Positions 19,362 to 28,904 are shown, counted from the first letter of the stretch. The stretch is DNA of 64,000 nt from an uncultured virus (IMG/VR IMGVR_UViG_3300023710_000222) (IMGVR_UViG_3300023710_000222), one strand, 5' to 3'. Notes: generated by a model not told the origin, from the sequence alone. Program-made: numbers and translations.

Positions 19362-20206
19362 AAGAAGTACCCCTGGGCTTCCTTCTTGTTCTCAAATATG
19401 GGTGGTTCGAACAATTTGGCCGTGTCGGAGCTATGCCATTCCGGGAATATGTCTGTCTGGGAACGGATGACGTTCACCAAGTCTGACATATAGCGATGGC
19501 CAATGGGGTTGCCATTCAGCTGTGATACAATCTCTGCTGTAAGGTGTGTGAGGACGTAGGCACGGCCAGACTGTTCGGCGGGTGACAGTTCGGCATAGCC
19601 GATGCCAAACTGATACGTATGCAGATGTGCCAGCAATTCAGGACTGATGAACGAGTTAGCCAGTTCATCCTCAATCTGAATGATGCGAGGCACCAGTGCG
19701 CGGTAAGCCACAAAGCGGTGTTCGCGGATCTGCAGCTGATGACAGACCGAGATATTGGGAAGCAGGGTCTGCGCCCAATATCCGAACACTTCCGACTGTT
19801 GCCAGTCGGCGCGTTTGAATAGCGACTTCTGCAGAAGTATAATGGCATCGTCGCGCTGCATCTCTATTGAGCCATTCAGTCTATCGACGCGATCACGCGA
19901 AGCCGGAGCGATGTTCTGATTGCTTACGATGCCGAATCCGTTAGGTGTCAGTACCAGGTCCAAGGACGGTAAGGCGTGAATGAGGGCATGACAAACCACG
20001 ATGCGGCAAGCGAGTGGTCTATTTGCGCCCTCATTCTCAGCCGTGATAGCGGCCAATGGTGCTGCACCTGTGATATAGTTGGCCAGCCATGATTCAGCCT
20101 CTGAGAGATAAGCACTCAGCTTCTCGAAGAGCGAGGCTTCCCCCTCGACAGTGACGAGAGCATTGGGAAAAAAGGAACGGAGTTCCTGGTCATTTGTGAT
20201 TAGCAT
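19358..20206 (-). CDS. Phage head-tail connector-like protein (DUF6712-like)
   Basis: Follows the portal-like gene; LDLVLTPNGFGIV..APAS motif; start likely MLITND (20206). Confidence 0.55.
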   Translation of the reverse strand: MLITNDQELRSFFPNALVTVEGEASLFEKLSAYLSEAESWLANYITGAAPLAAITAENEGANRPLACRIVVCHALIHALPSLDLVLTPNGFGIVSNQNIAPASRDRVDRLNGSIEMQRDDAIILLQKSLFKRADWQQSEVFGYWAQTLLPNISVCHQLQIREHRFVAYRALVPRIIQIEDELANSFISPELLAHLHTYQFGIGYAELSPAEQSGRAYVLTHLTAEIVSQLNGNPIGHRYMSDLVNVIRSQTDIFPEWHSSDTAKLFEPPIFENKKEAQGYFF

Positions 20207-20242
20207 AGGGCAATTTATTATTGACGATTTATAGATCAATGC

Positions 20243-20311
20243 CTATCAGCCTTGCCGTGAGCCGCTTCGCTGCACCGCTGCGAAGCGGTCTCATCACGGC
20301 AAGGCTGATAG
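20243..20311. repeat. Long intergenic hairpin
   Basis: Perfect 18-bp arms CTATCAGCCTTGCCGTGA / TCACGGCAAGGCTGATAG plus inner 9-bp stem CCGCTTCGC / GCGAAGCGG. Confidence 0.9.
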
Positions 20312-20314
20312 TAC

Positions 20315-21700
20315 CTATGATTGATTCTCTTCGGTAGTTACTTTCTTGGCATCCTTGTTTTCATCAAGGGTGGTAAGCTGTATAAATGGACAGTCCGGCG
20401 TTACGCCGTCCCATTTGTTGAACTTGATGATGATGCGATGCACGGTGAAGAGCAAATCATGATACGGCTTCTGCAGGGCCTGTGCGATGGTATAAAGCTC
20501 CCGTTTGTCCGATCCGGAGTTGTTTGACTGCGACTTGCCGGGAACAGACCCCACGAGGTTCGAGTGTACGCGCATGGTAAAGCAGATGATGTTGATGGCT
20601 TCGGCGATGTCCGATGCCCAATCACCACCCTCTTTGTCCGTATCAATCTTGTTGATAATGACATCATGATTCTCCTGTCCGTCCGGTGTTTTGTAGTGGC
20701 AAGAGAACCACACCTTGCCCGAGTTCTCAACGCCCGTAAGGAAGTCAAGAATCTCCTGTTTCGCTTTCTTGACCCTTGCCTGCTGTTTCTTGCGGTCAGT
20801 GATACCTTCCGAACGGAAAAGATTCTCCCAATACTTATTTGAAATCTCGATGTGGTACTTGATGGGAGCCGTGTTTTTCAGCTTGCTTTCCTTGGCAATG
20901 CCTATGAGCCTCTTGATGTTGTACCACTTCCCTTTGAACAGCGCGGCATAGTACGGTATGGGATAATACGTACTATCAGGTGTAGGAATACGTGTGACGA
21001 TGGCAAACTTATGTCCCTTTGCACTAACCTTTGTATTTCCGTCTGCCCCCGGCATCTTTCCCATTCGCACGGCGAGGTCAGCCCAAGGTGCAGAGACGGA
21101 AAGCAGTGGAATCTTCTCGACCTTTTCCTTGTCGAAGGAAGACTCCCGCCAGTTTGCATAGAGGATATAGGGAATATCCCCATTCTTGTCAGCCGGAGCG
21201 AAGCGGCAGTAGCAAGCCTCCTTACGGAGCAGTCTGACGATTCGGGTATTATCCCCGTTGAGGATGATGACAGAGACACAGAAGGCGAAGTGTTTCAGGT
21301 CCTGGCAAACCCCGAGGTAGTAGCTACTGAGGTCGTTTGACAGTAGGAACTCCTCCACCTGCTCTTTCACCTCTTTACTTGCTGCCTCCGTATTGTAACG
21401 CAGTCCGTCCCCATAGACGATTTCAGCATTGAACATCTGGCAGGTGGAAAGTGTCTCGTCATCCTCAATATACCTCAGGATGTCGTAAGGCATCTGGTTA
21501 TCCCCGCCCCAAGGCATGTATTCCATCTTGTCATTGAGCTTGATGGGGCTGGTGTCTGTCGTTTCCTTGAATACAGCGCTGCTGTCCGAGGTAAACGCCG
21601 CTCGTGCTTCTATGTCTGGAATGTCCTCGATGGATGCAAAGCCATACTGAGGCATATCCACAGGCACTGTATGAACTTGATTAAAAGATTTCTTTCTCAT
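20315..21700 (-). CDS. Putative portal protein
   Basis: 461 aa; PWGGDNQMP, YYPIPYY, LTGVENSGK and SGSDKREL motifs that I associate with Bacteroidetes phage portal-like proteins. Confidence 0.65.
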   Translation of the reverse strand: MRKKSFNQVHTVPVDMPQYGFASIEDIPDIEARAAFTSDSSAVFKETTDTSPIKLNDKMEYMPWGGDNQMPYDILRYIEDDETLSTCQMFNAEIVYGDGLRYNTEAASKEVKEQVEEFLLSNDLSSYYLGVCQDLKHFAFCVSVIILNGDNTRIVRLLRKEACYCRFAPADKNGDIPYILYANWRESSFDKEKVEKIPLLSVSAPWADLAVRMGKMPGADGNTKVSAKGHKFAIVTRIPTPDSTYYPIPYYAALFKGKWYNIKRLIGIAKESKLKNTAPIKYHIEISNKYWENLFRSEGITDRKKQQARVKKAKQEILDFLTGVENSGKVWFSCHYKTPDGQENHDVIINKIDTDKEGGDWASDIAEAINIICFTMRVHSNLVGSVPGKSQSNNSGSDKRELYTIAQALQKPYHDLLFTVHRIIIKFNKWDGVTPDCPFIQLTTLDENKDAKKVTTEENQS

Positions 21701-21730
21701 TGTAGTTTTATGTGTTTGTGTGTTGTGTGT

Positions 21731-21964
21731 TCAAAGATACACTTCCATCCCATTGAGTCGGAAGATGCAAACATCTCGCACCTTTCGTATCTCGTTGGAA
21801 GGCCGGAGCTTTACATTTCGCGTCCCTTCATAGAAGTTATAGCGCAGGGATATACAGTCATTGTATGTCTGAATCTCCCCCTTGGAAGTCCAGAAAGAGA
21901 TGCTGACAGGATCGTGGCTGTCCAGTATCTTCTTGGCGGTGGTGATGTGTATTGCGTTTGCCAT
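21731..21964 (-). CDS. Phage hypothetical protein, 77 aa
   Basis: Compact ORF in the operon before the portal gene. Confidence 0.65.
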   Translation of the reverse strand: MANAIHITTAKKILDSHDPVSISFWTSKGEIQTYNDCISLRYNFYEGTRNVKLRPSNEIRKVRDVCIFRLNGMEVYL

Positions 21965-21967
21965 GAG

Positions 21968-23083
21968 TTATGCGAATTTATTGTTGAACTGAGCCGAGAA
22001 CTTCCGTGTTACCTCGTTCGTTTCGGTGAGCGTTGTCAATGTCGCTCCCTGCCGTTTCAGGCGGTACGTGAACTTGATGCGTCGGTGTTCCTCATCGCTG
22101 TCCGTCACTTCGGCGTTCATGTCGGTAATGAGGATGTCCGTAAAAGTGCCGTCCTTCTCCACTCTCTGCACCTTATGAGACAGCAACAGTTGTGCAGCCC
22201 AATCCGCTTCCTCGGTACTTAGCGGTGCGGTAGTGACCTCATACTCTTGTGAGTCCACCTGATCATAGAAGAGCGACTGGCCATGAGAAGTAGCTATGCT
22301 GCGCTCTGTGTCCGTCTTCGTCACCGTCACCGCATCGAGGTATATCATTTCCTCCACGTTGAACACGTTTTTGAAGTGGAACCTCTGCGTAGGCTTGAAA
22401 TCGTAGTCCACATAATACGTGAAGAGCCGTGCCCCTGCTTTCACGGTATAATACATCAGCTTCATCTCCTCGATGGTGTATTCATCCGGGTCGTAGTTGC
22501 TATCACAAGCATCCCAGACGGCATCATAGCCGATAGCGAGTGCTTTTCTTACATAATAGCCTGTAATCGGAAACGTCATTTCCAGCGTGAAGATGGTATC
22601 TGCGGGAGTCAGGAAGTACGCTGTCAGCGTGTAGCTGTTCGGCGCATTCCCTTCTTCCGCCGAATAATTCAGCCACAGGCGTTCCTTATCGCTGCTGCTC
22701 CCTGCAGGTATGCGTTTGGCAGTCAGTGAACTCAGGAAATGATTGGCGAGGAACCTGGTACAGTCAACGTTTGTGCTGAACGGGCAGTGATAAGCCACGA
22801 AGGGCGTGCTCAGAATACGATTATTCCCAGAGTAGAATGAGACGTCAATGACGCTTTCCGTGATGTCACCATTTCTCATGTCCTCCTCAATGAGCGGTCC
22901 AAGGTCGTAAAGGATTACTTTCCCATTGACCGGATAGATTGTCGTATTCAGGATGCGATGACGGTTTTCTTCACAGTCGCCGTATATCTGCACATTCAGC
23001 GGGTCGATGCCCGCCTGTGCATATTCCAGCGGCGGGATCTGCGAAGTGAAGAGACATTGTGTTATGGATGTAACGAGGTTCAT
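21968..23083 (-). CDS. Phage hypothetical (probably structural) protein, 371 aa
   Basis: First gene after a late promoter motif. Confidence 0.6.
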   Translation of the reverse strand: MNLVTSITQCLFTSQIPPLEYAQAGIDPLNVQIYGDCEENRHRILNTTIYPVNGKVILYDLGPLIEEDMRNGDITESVIDVSFYSGNNRILSTPFVAYHCPFSTNVDCTRFLANHFLSSLTAKRIPAGSSSDKERLWLNYSAEEGNAPNSYTLTAYFLTPADTIFTLEMTFPITGYYVRKALAIGYDAVWDACDSNYDPDEYTIEEMKLMYYTVKAGARLFTYYVDYDFKPTQRFHFKNVFNVEEMIYLDAVTVTKTDTERSIATSHGQSLFYDQVDSQEYEVTTAPLSTEEADWAAQLLLSHKVQRVEKDGTFTDILITDMNAEVTDSDEEHRRIKFTYRLKRQGATLTTLTETNEVTRKFSAQFNNKFA

Positions 23084-23118
23084 TGTGCGGTGTTTGTGTT
23101 GTTGTCAGTTACCGAATG

Positions 23119-23154
23119 CAAAGTTACAATAACATGTACGCACGCGAAAAGACA
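23119..23154 (-). promoter_or_regulatory. Putative late promoter of the portal operon
   Basis: TGTCTTTTCGC-N17-TAACTTTG. Confidence 0.7.
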
Positions 23155-23186
23155 AAAAAGAGGGGTTAAAAGAGGAGGAAGGAGGG

Positions 23187-23441
23187 CTAACTGCCCTCCT
23201 CTTCCTCCGTACTCCAATGCGGAGTCTTGACAATCGCGTTGAAGTCGCGGGGGAAGTTCTCCCAACCTCGTTCTTCATCGAGGAAGTCAACAAGTTCCTT
23301 GAACTCTTCTTCCTCAACGAGGACGAAGGTACGGCTTGTTTCGCCGATGACAACTTCTGCCTGGTGATCATACTGGGCATCCTGCAGATGTTGGACTGCC
23401 TTCAGGACCAACTCTGTGACGATGAATGGAACTTCTTTCAT
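23187..23441 (-). CDS. Small acidic hypothetical protein, 84 aa
   Basis: MKEVPFIV... from ATG 23441; the longer track ORF overlaps the upstream gene. Confidence 0.6.
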   Translation of the reverse strand: MKEVPFIVTELVLKAVQHLQDAQYDHQAEVVIGETSRTFVLVEEEEFKELVDFLDEERGWENFPRDFNAIVKTPHWSTEEEEGS

Positions 23442-23497
23442 AATGCTGAATGATTTAGAGTGTGGATAAATGAGGATTATTGAGTGAGGGAAGTGGC

Positions 23498-23866
23498 CTA
23501 CGCGGCCACCTCCTCTATCTGCTTCTTCGTGCGACGTGTGCGCTTCTTGGGCTGGGCATCCTCTGCGGGCTGCTCTTCGACGGCCTCCGTGGGCTGTGCC
23601 TCCTCCTTGGGAGTGCGGGGCTTGTACCAATTGAGCTTGCCCTTCTCGTTCTCGGCGTAGTAGCTCTTCAGCTGCTCCAGCGTGTTGTCCTCGATGGGGA
23701 ACTGAGTGCGGGCTTTGAGGATGAAGCAGAACTGCATGGCCTTGATGGCGTGCTTGCAGTACCCCTGGAGTTCGGGATTGTCGCATCCGGTGACGTGGAC
23801 GAACCACACATTGTTGTTACTCTTGTTCGATTGAACCATCTCTGCTACGATTGAATACTGTGACAT
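23498..23866 (-). CDS. Hypothetical protein, 122 aa
   Basis: Clean ORF with an A-rich leader. Confidence 0.7.
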   Translation of the reverse strand: MSQYSIVAEMVQSNKSNNNVWFVHVTGCDNPELQGYCKHAIKAMQFCFILKARTQFPIEDNTLEQLKSYYAENEKGKLNWYKPRTPKEEAQPTEAVEEQPAEDAQPKKRTRRTKKQIEEVAA

Positions 23867-23903
23867 AGTTGTAAAGTTGTTTAGGGGTTATTGAATTATT
23901 GGA

Positions 23904-24128
23904 TTAGTAAGCGTTGATATTCATGAAGGAAATCTGTATGCAGTCATGGAAAGCAAGATTCTCGGCCTCACGTGCTGCATCCTCGAAGCTCTCAGCCGAT
24001 ACGCTATATTCTCTTGATTCTCCGTCGAAGTCCACCACCTCTACGGTGAACATATTGCTGAGGAAAACTTTTGCACTTCTTTTGTGTGAGCGAAGGCGGA
24101 AATCTGCTGTCATGTAGTGAGTTGTCAT
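23904..24128 (-). CDS. Hypothetical protein, 74 aa
   Basis: First ORF downstream of fold-back element copy 2. Confidence 0.65.
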   Translation of the reverse strand: MTTHYMTADFRLRSHKRSAKVFLSNMFTVEVVDFDGESREYSVSAESFEDAAREAENLAFHDCIQISFMNINAY

Positions 24129-24141
24129 AATGATTAAGAGT

Positions 24142-24408
24142 TTTTGTTATTGGTTTTGTGTGCCGAAGCACTTTTGAATTTTGACAGTGCTTTACCAAGG
24201 TAAGCCAGGCGAAGAGCAGCAAGGCCGAAGCAAATTATTTTCACCCCTTGTGGGCTTTAGCAGAAATTAGTCTGACCCACGGCTCACGGCTCATTTGTTT
24301 GAAAATAATTTGTGTAGCCAAGGCCTCCGGCCAGCCTTGCAGCACGAGAATGGCGATTTACCTTTGCAATGGCAAAATCATAAGTGTGCTTCAGGTACGA
24401 TAACAAAA
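24142..24408. promoter_or_regulatory. Fold-back element copy 2 (ssDNA-promoter-like)
   Basis: Complementary arms; 26-nt block TGTAGCCAAGGCCTCCGGCCAGCCTT (24313-24338) identical to 10140-10165. Confidence 0.6.
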
Positions 24409-25074
24409 GCAAGTGAAGACAAAAGCTCCATGGTGACAACTCAATGACAGTAGATTGCCCGCTCACATAGAGATAAGAAGCGCGTACCGCTTTAGCAATT
24501 TGCGTAGAGACAGGTGGACTTGGAGAGACAAGGGAATGTATCGGTAAAGAGCGGATGCAGAAAAGATGGCCATGGCAGAATCCCCATGACCAGCAGACAG
24601 ATACATGAATAGCAACAAAAAAGCTCTAATCCATCAATAACCTACAACGTGCAACGTCACAAAGTATGGTAGCAATAGAGATGGTGACGAATAAGAGTGA
24701 CATAGGAACAATGTCAGTTCATCCACGCGGATGCGACCCGAAGACACAAGATTATGGGTACAATCGGCATCAAAGCCAATAATGCAGTCGCTCCATACCA
24801 AGCCCACAGAGCACCAGCTAACAGACCTCCCCCAAACAAAACGCCCGTAGTTCGCCACTCCCTTGGGACTGGCGAACTGCGAGGCGTTGGGGAGGTCAAA
24901 GCCAGCGGACAACACAGGAGTAGCGGCTACTACGCCAACAGAGAACGTGAAACGGCAAGCTCGGTACATGCCCCATCAAGCAGCACACACCTCAGAGGCC
25001 ATCAAGCAGCCTGCCGCCAAGCCCTGCACACATAGCATGATAATAGAAGCAATGGAGGTGGCCGATGGCCACAA

Positions 25075-25110
25075 CAAAAAATGCCCATCCACACGAGGTG
25101 AACGGGCAAT
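25075..25110 (-). terminator. Possible intrinsic terminator at the distal end of the island
   Basis: TGCCC...GGGCA stem followed by a T run on the minus strand. Confidence 0.35.
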
Positions 25111-25270
25111 GAGACGTCACATTATCATTGAATGATCAAAAGAACGACATCTGAATTAACAAATAAAGCAAGTACGCAATGAGAGCAATGGCGCATCCTT
25201 TGCTGGAGCAGCCATTATCGTCTGATGGAGTGTCCCATGGGAGTGACATTGTACAATGAATTTGCAGGGC

Positions 25271-25915
25271 CTATTTTGTATTCGTCAACAGATGGCTAAT
25301 CTCGAATTCAAAAGTATAGTCATTCTGTACACCCTCCACACTGATAGGCATTAGCACCTTCATCGTCTTTCCCACGTAGCTGCCAGCTCCTGCATCCATA
25401 GCTTCTTTTGACTTGTAAAAAGAAGGTATCAGATTCCTTTTATTCCATCCCCCGCTTGTGTATCTGGTTGGAGAGATGTAATAAACATTTTCAGTTGGAA
25501 TCAGGACGTCATCAATCTTTGCCCCATTAGGGATTGTGGTTGCAGGCTGGCTATTATTCCGGTCAATAAACTTTACCCCGTTATGCATTACACGTCCGAC
25601 TGTTCCATTGATGTCCACAAAGCTGATGTCATCCCAGTTAATTTTAATGGAATGTCCAGACTTGTTTTTCAGCGTGAAGTATAGGTTAGTCGTTCCCACA
25701 TACCATATAATATCGATATAATCATCTTCGTACCGATATTTGTTCACATTGTCCTCATTTACTAGGACAACCTTTGTTTCACCGAAGTTCTTTTTTACAT
25801 CTGCAGGGCTTTCGACCTTTGCAAGCGTAACGTCATAGGTAGCCATGTAAGTGGTACCACAGGAAGTAAGCAGCAAACCAATCAAGGTGAGCGCAAATAG
25901 GAGTGTTTTTTTCAT
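25271..25915 (-). CDS. Lipoprotein of unknown function
   Basis: MKK plus hydrophobic stretch and LTSC lipobox. Confidence 0.8.
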   Translation of the reverse strand: MKKTLLFALTLIGLLLTSCGTTYMATYDVTLAKVESPADVKKNFGETKVVLVNEDNVNKYRYEDDYIDIIWYVGTTNLYFTLKNKSGHSIKINWDDISFVDINGTVGRVMHNGVKFIDRNNSQPATTIPNGAKIDDVLIPTENVYYISPTRYTSGGWNKRNLIPSFYKSKEAMDAGAGSYVGKTMKVLMPISVEGVQNDYTFEFEISHLLTNTK

Positions 25916-25956
25916 TGCAATAATACTTTTAATGGTTATTTGAAGGAATTACTGCA

Positions 25957-25996
25957 CAAAAGTAGTTGGAATAGGAACACTCAAATTGAGCCTATT
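25957..25996 (-). promoter_or_regulatory. Promoter with a second putative BrxR operator
   Basis: AATAGGAACA-N7-TGAGCCTATT (25970-25996) 5 nt from the -7 element TACTTTTG (25957-25964). Confidence 0.7.
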
Positions 25997-26045
25997 CAGA
26001 AAAGTCTCTGAAAACACTCCTCAAAAGCACATTTTGGCTCATTTT

Positions 26046-26249
26046 TTATTCCAATAAAGCCGAATCTTTTGGGAAATACCAAGAAACAGGAGGTGCTTGC
26101 TCATAATAAAGCTTATAGAGCCGTTTCCGCCTTTCTTCTCTTTCTTTTTGGCGTTTATGTTCCTCTTCCATTTCAGCCTCTTTGCGTGCCGCAATATCAG
26201 CCAGGCCATTCAAGGCACGTGATAACCTTTCAATATCTTCTCTATCCAT
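26046..26249 (-). CDS. Hypothetical protein, 67 aa
   Basis: Co-oriented, short spacer, charged helix. Confidence 0.5.
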   Translation of the reverse strand: MDREDIERLSRALNGLADIAARKEAEMEEEHKRQKEREERRKRLYKLYYEQAPPVSWYFPKDSALLE

Positions 26250-26265
26250 TCTCTTTTATCCGCAC

Positions 26266-26541
26266 TTATTTTTTATGAAAGCGCATATAACTCTTGATTA
26301 AATTGCATTGGCCAGCTACTGGCATCATCTTGTCATTACGAAGGTCAAAATATTCTCGTATCGTTTTTCCTATAGTTGGATTGACCTCTTTATAATGCTT
26401 CTTCAGAGCCATATAATCCATTAGCAGACTCTCATTAGACTCAATGAGCTTGAAGACATCAAGGGTGATATGAGGATTAACAGTGCCACCCTTTTCCAAA
26501 TAAACTTTAATTGCTGATTCTGTAAATTCTTTAATAGTCAT
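26266..26541 (-). CDS. Hypothetical protein, 91 aa
   Basis: Co-oriented in a tight gene string. Confidence 0.65.
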   Translation of the reverse strand: MTIKEFTESAIKVYLEKGGTVNPHITLDVFKLIESNESLLMDYMALKKHYKEVNPTIGKTIREYFDLRNDKMMPVAGQCNLIKSYMRFHKK

Positions 26542-26559
26542 AATCTTGTATTTTTAATT

Positions 26560-26820
26560 TTACTTTTTATCCCAGAAATAGTACATAATATCCAAGCTTT
26601 CTCCACTTTGAATGATTTGGATTTTGCTGGTCGTAACAAGAACCACTATCGGTAATCCTTTGTCAACTACACGCCCATCTGATATTTTGAAGTCAACTTC
26701 AAAAGTGTGCTTCATCTTGTATATACCAAGATAATGCAAGCCAATCTCTGGGCGTTCTACCTGATATTCTTTCTGGACTGCAAATAATGCACGGTGTCGA
26801 GCTTGTGGAATTGTCATCAT
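26560..26820 (-). CDS. Hypothetical protein, 86 aa
   Basis: Co-oriented in a tight gene string. Confidence 0.6.
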   Translation of the reverse strand: MMTIPQARHRALFAVQKEYQVERPEIGLHYLGIYKMKHTFEVDFKISDGRVVDKGLPIVVLVTTSKIQIIQSGESLDIMYYFWDKK

Positions 26821-26825
26821 AGCAT

Positions 26826-27902
26826 TTATACTTTTATGACCCTACCTTTGTGTTCCAATAGCCATTCGACAAACTCTTTTGAATTGTGGAATTTATCATC
26901 ACCATCTTCTAATTTGATGATGATATATTTGCCGTCTTGCTTCTTATGGAATTGGAAGCGGCAAATCAGTACCTGGCTCCTGTAGAAGTATATCCAACCA
27001 TCATCTAGGTAGAACCCATAGCGGTTCTCCCAGTCTGTGTACCAAGCCCGGATAAGATGGTGGTGTTCCTCTTCAGAGAACTCATACTTGTGTACATCTT
27101 CATAGGACGGTGACCACTTATGTTTTTTAACATTGGTAAGAGCACAATTCTTCTTGAAGAATTTGCGGTCTCTGTCCTCCTTCTCTATCATCATTTCTGA
27201 AAGACGTTGAATTTCCTCTTTCCTGTTGAAAGCATGGTAGTACAGTTCACCTCTGATAACGCCATCCACGGCATATCTCTCTTTGATGTAGTTAAATCGG
27301 CATCCATACATTGCGCTAGCGAAAGCACCTGCAATTGCAGCTGTCAAGTGGGTATCATCAGACCATTTTACAGCGTTATGGATGGTCGATGTATAGTCAT
27401 ATCCCAGATAAAAAGCGTTCCAAGCTCGGAATACGTATGTCAATAAGCCAAACCCAAAGTCAGCGCCTGGCAACTTTTGTTCTCCTTTTCTCCACTGCCA
27501 ATGCTTAGATAGTTCTTCAAAAGTGTGGCATGAATGGTATGCTTCACCTTTGGTGCTACCATTCAGCAACGACTTCAACAGTTCCCTAACGAACATTCTA
27601 GCATAGAATTCTTCCTTGTCAAGCCCCGGGAATTGGGGGATATGCCTTTCCAGCTCCTCGCCATACCATGCAACAGCTATCTGCCACATCAGCCATTGAC
27701 CAAAGAAGCAATCATCCATTGGTGTGCCGATGGGTTTGGTATCAATCTTTTCTTCGGGACAGAAGAACGTATTGGCAGCATTTATCAATGCGATGCCATA
27801 CGGTGAAGGCATAGCCGTGTTTAATACCAATTGTTTGTAGAAAGTCTCATGGTCTTTCTCCCATGTACTTACTGCAAGGTCACCTATGATAGCTCCAATC
27901 AT
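26826..27902 (-). CDS. Divergent ADP-ribosylglycohydrolase-like protein with extra C-terminal domain
   Basis: MIGAIIGD start and SDDTHLTAAIAGAFASAMYG resemble the DraG/ARH fold; acidic metal motifs are degenerate. Confidence 0.65.
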   Translation of the reverse strand: MIGAIIGDLAVSTWEKDHETFYKQLVLNTAMPSPYGIALINAANTFFCPEEKIDTKPIGTPMDDCFFGQWLMWQIAVAWYGEELERHIPQFPGLDKEEFYARMFVRELLKSLLNGSTKGEAYHSCHTFEELSKHWQWRKGEQKLPGADFGFGLLTYVFRAWNAFYLGYDYTSTIHNAVKWSDDTHLTAAIAGAFASAMYGCRFNYIKERYAVDGVIRGELYYHAFNRKEEIQRLSEMMIEKEDRDRKFFKKNCALTNVKKHKWSPSYEDVHKYEFSEEEHHHLIRAWYTDWENRYGFYLDDGWIYFYRSQVLICRFQFHKKQDGKYIIIKLEDGDDKFHNSKEFVEWLLEHKGRVIKV

Positions 27903-27915
27903 AATTCTTAACGTT

Positions 27916-28149
27916 CTATCTTCTGATACTATTCTCGTGCAGATTTCGCCAAAACGATTTGTACTTCATGCATATCTCATAATTGACACCGTATACTTCT
28001 GCCCAGTGCTTGATGTCTTCCTTTGAGGCATCATAGCCAAGCACACCCCAAACACACCCTGCGCGATGCTTGCGGTCTGTTTCTTCATCAACGGTGAACT
28101 CTGAGTGCATTTTCTCAGTCAGTTCGTCATATTGGGGATATCTTCTCAT
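27916..28149 (-). CDS. Hypothetical protein, 77 aa
   Basis: Co-oriented in a tight gene string. Confidence 0.6.
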   Translation of the reverse strand: MRRYPQYDELTEKMHSEFTVDEETDRKHRAGCVWGVLGYDASKEDIKHWAEVYGVNYEICMKYKSFWRNLHENSIRR

Positions 28150-28163
28150 TTTAACTTTTCTCT

Positions 28164-28535
28164 TTATACATATTCAATTTCATATTTCCATCCGTCACAC
28201 TGCTGCGCTTTCAAGCCGACCAGCTCAGCCGGAAACTTAGGATGTTTTCTGATATAATCTTTCGCGGCTTTCCCCGAAAGGAACTCTGGAGAAGGATGAA
28301 TGGAGATGCGCTTTCTTCTCCTTTCAGCCACTTCAAGAGCCTGGCACATTCGCCATATAGGAACAGGCACTTCAAATCCATTCTGAGAAACCGCCTCGAT
28401 GATGGTACCCACATATTCATCAAACTCTTCGGAGTATCTACCAGTGCCGTAGCCCTGTAAATACTCCAAGAGGATTTCTTTTCCTCTTGTGTACTTGGTT
28501 GCCACTTGCTCTATGTCCTCTGTTCCAATATACAT
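28164..28535 (-). CDS. Hypothetical protein, 123 aa
   Basis: Co-oriented in a tight gene string. Confidence 0.6.
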   Translation of the reverse strand: MYIGTEDIEQVATKYTRGKEILLEYLQGYGTGRYSEEFDEYVGTIIEAVSQNGFEVPVPIWRMCQALEVAERRRKRISIHPSPEFLSGKAAKDYIRKHPKFPAELVGLKAQQCDGWKYEIEYV

Positions 28536-28556
28536 AACGCTACATTTCTATTTCAT

Positions 28557-28901
28557 TTACCCAGCAAAAGCGGCGTAAAATATAAAGATTATGAAAGCGA
28601 TAAATAAAATGACAAGTATGATTTCATTGTTATCAGCAGTGCCTTTTGCTCGATCCTCTTTCCATTTTTTGACTGTTTGATATATCATCCACCCAGAAAT
28701 AATAAGGCTGATTATGAGAAGGATGATAAAAAAGATGAGTTTAAATTCATTTGGAAGATTTGATTGAGTGATGCCACCTATGACAAGGCCAAATACCAAT
28801 AAGGCTGCAACTGTTAAACAGCCACATCCTGGACTTGACTTTTCGCCTTCGTTATATATGTTCAATAGTCCATAAAGAACAGCTTTGATAGCTTCGCCCA
28901 T
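28557..28901 (-). CDS. Membrane protein with about 3 TM helices
   Basis: Three hydrophobic segments. Confidence 0.7.
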   Translation of the reverse strand: MGEAIKAVLYGLLNIYNEGEKSSPGCGCLTVAALLVFGLVIGGITQSNLPNEFKLIFFIILLIISLIISGWMIYQTVKKWKEDRAKGTADNNEIILVILFIAFIIFIFYAAFAG

Positions 28902-28904
28902 ATC

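Noticed and set aside
24410..25260. Possible genes or ncRNA in the 0.85-kb spacer
   Set aside because: Only short unconvincing ORFs and no extended pairing that I could verify; left unannotated
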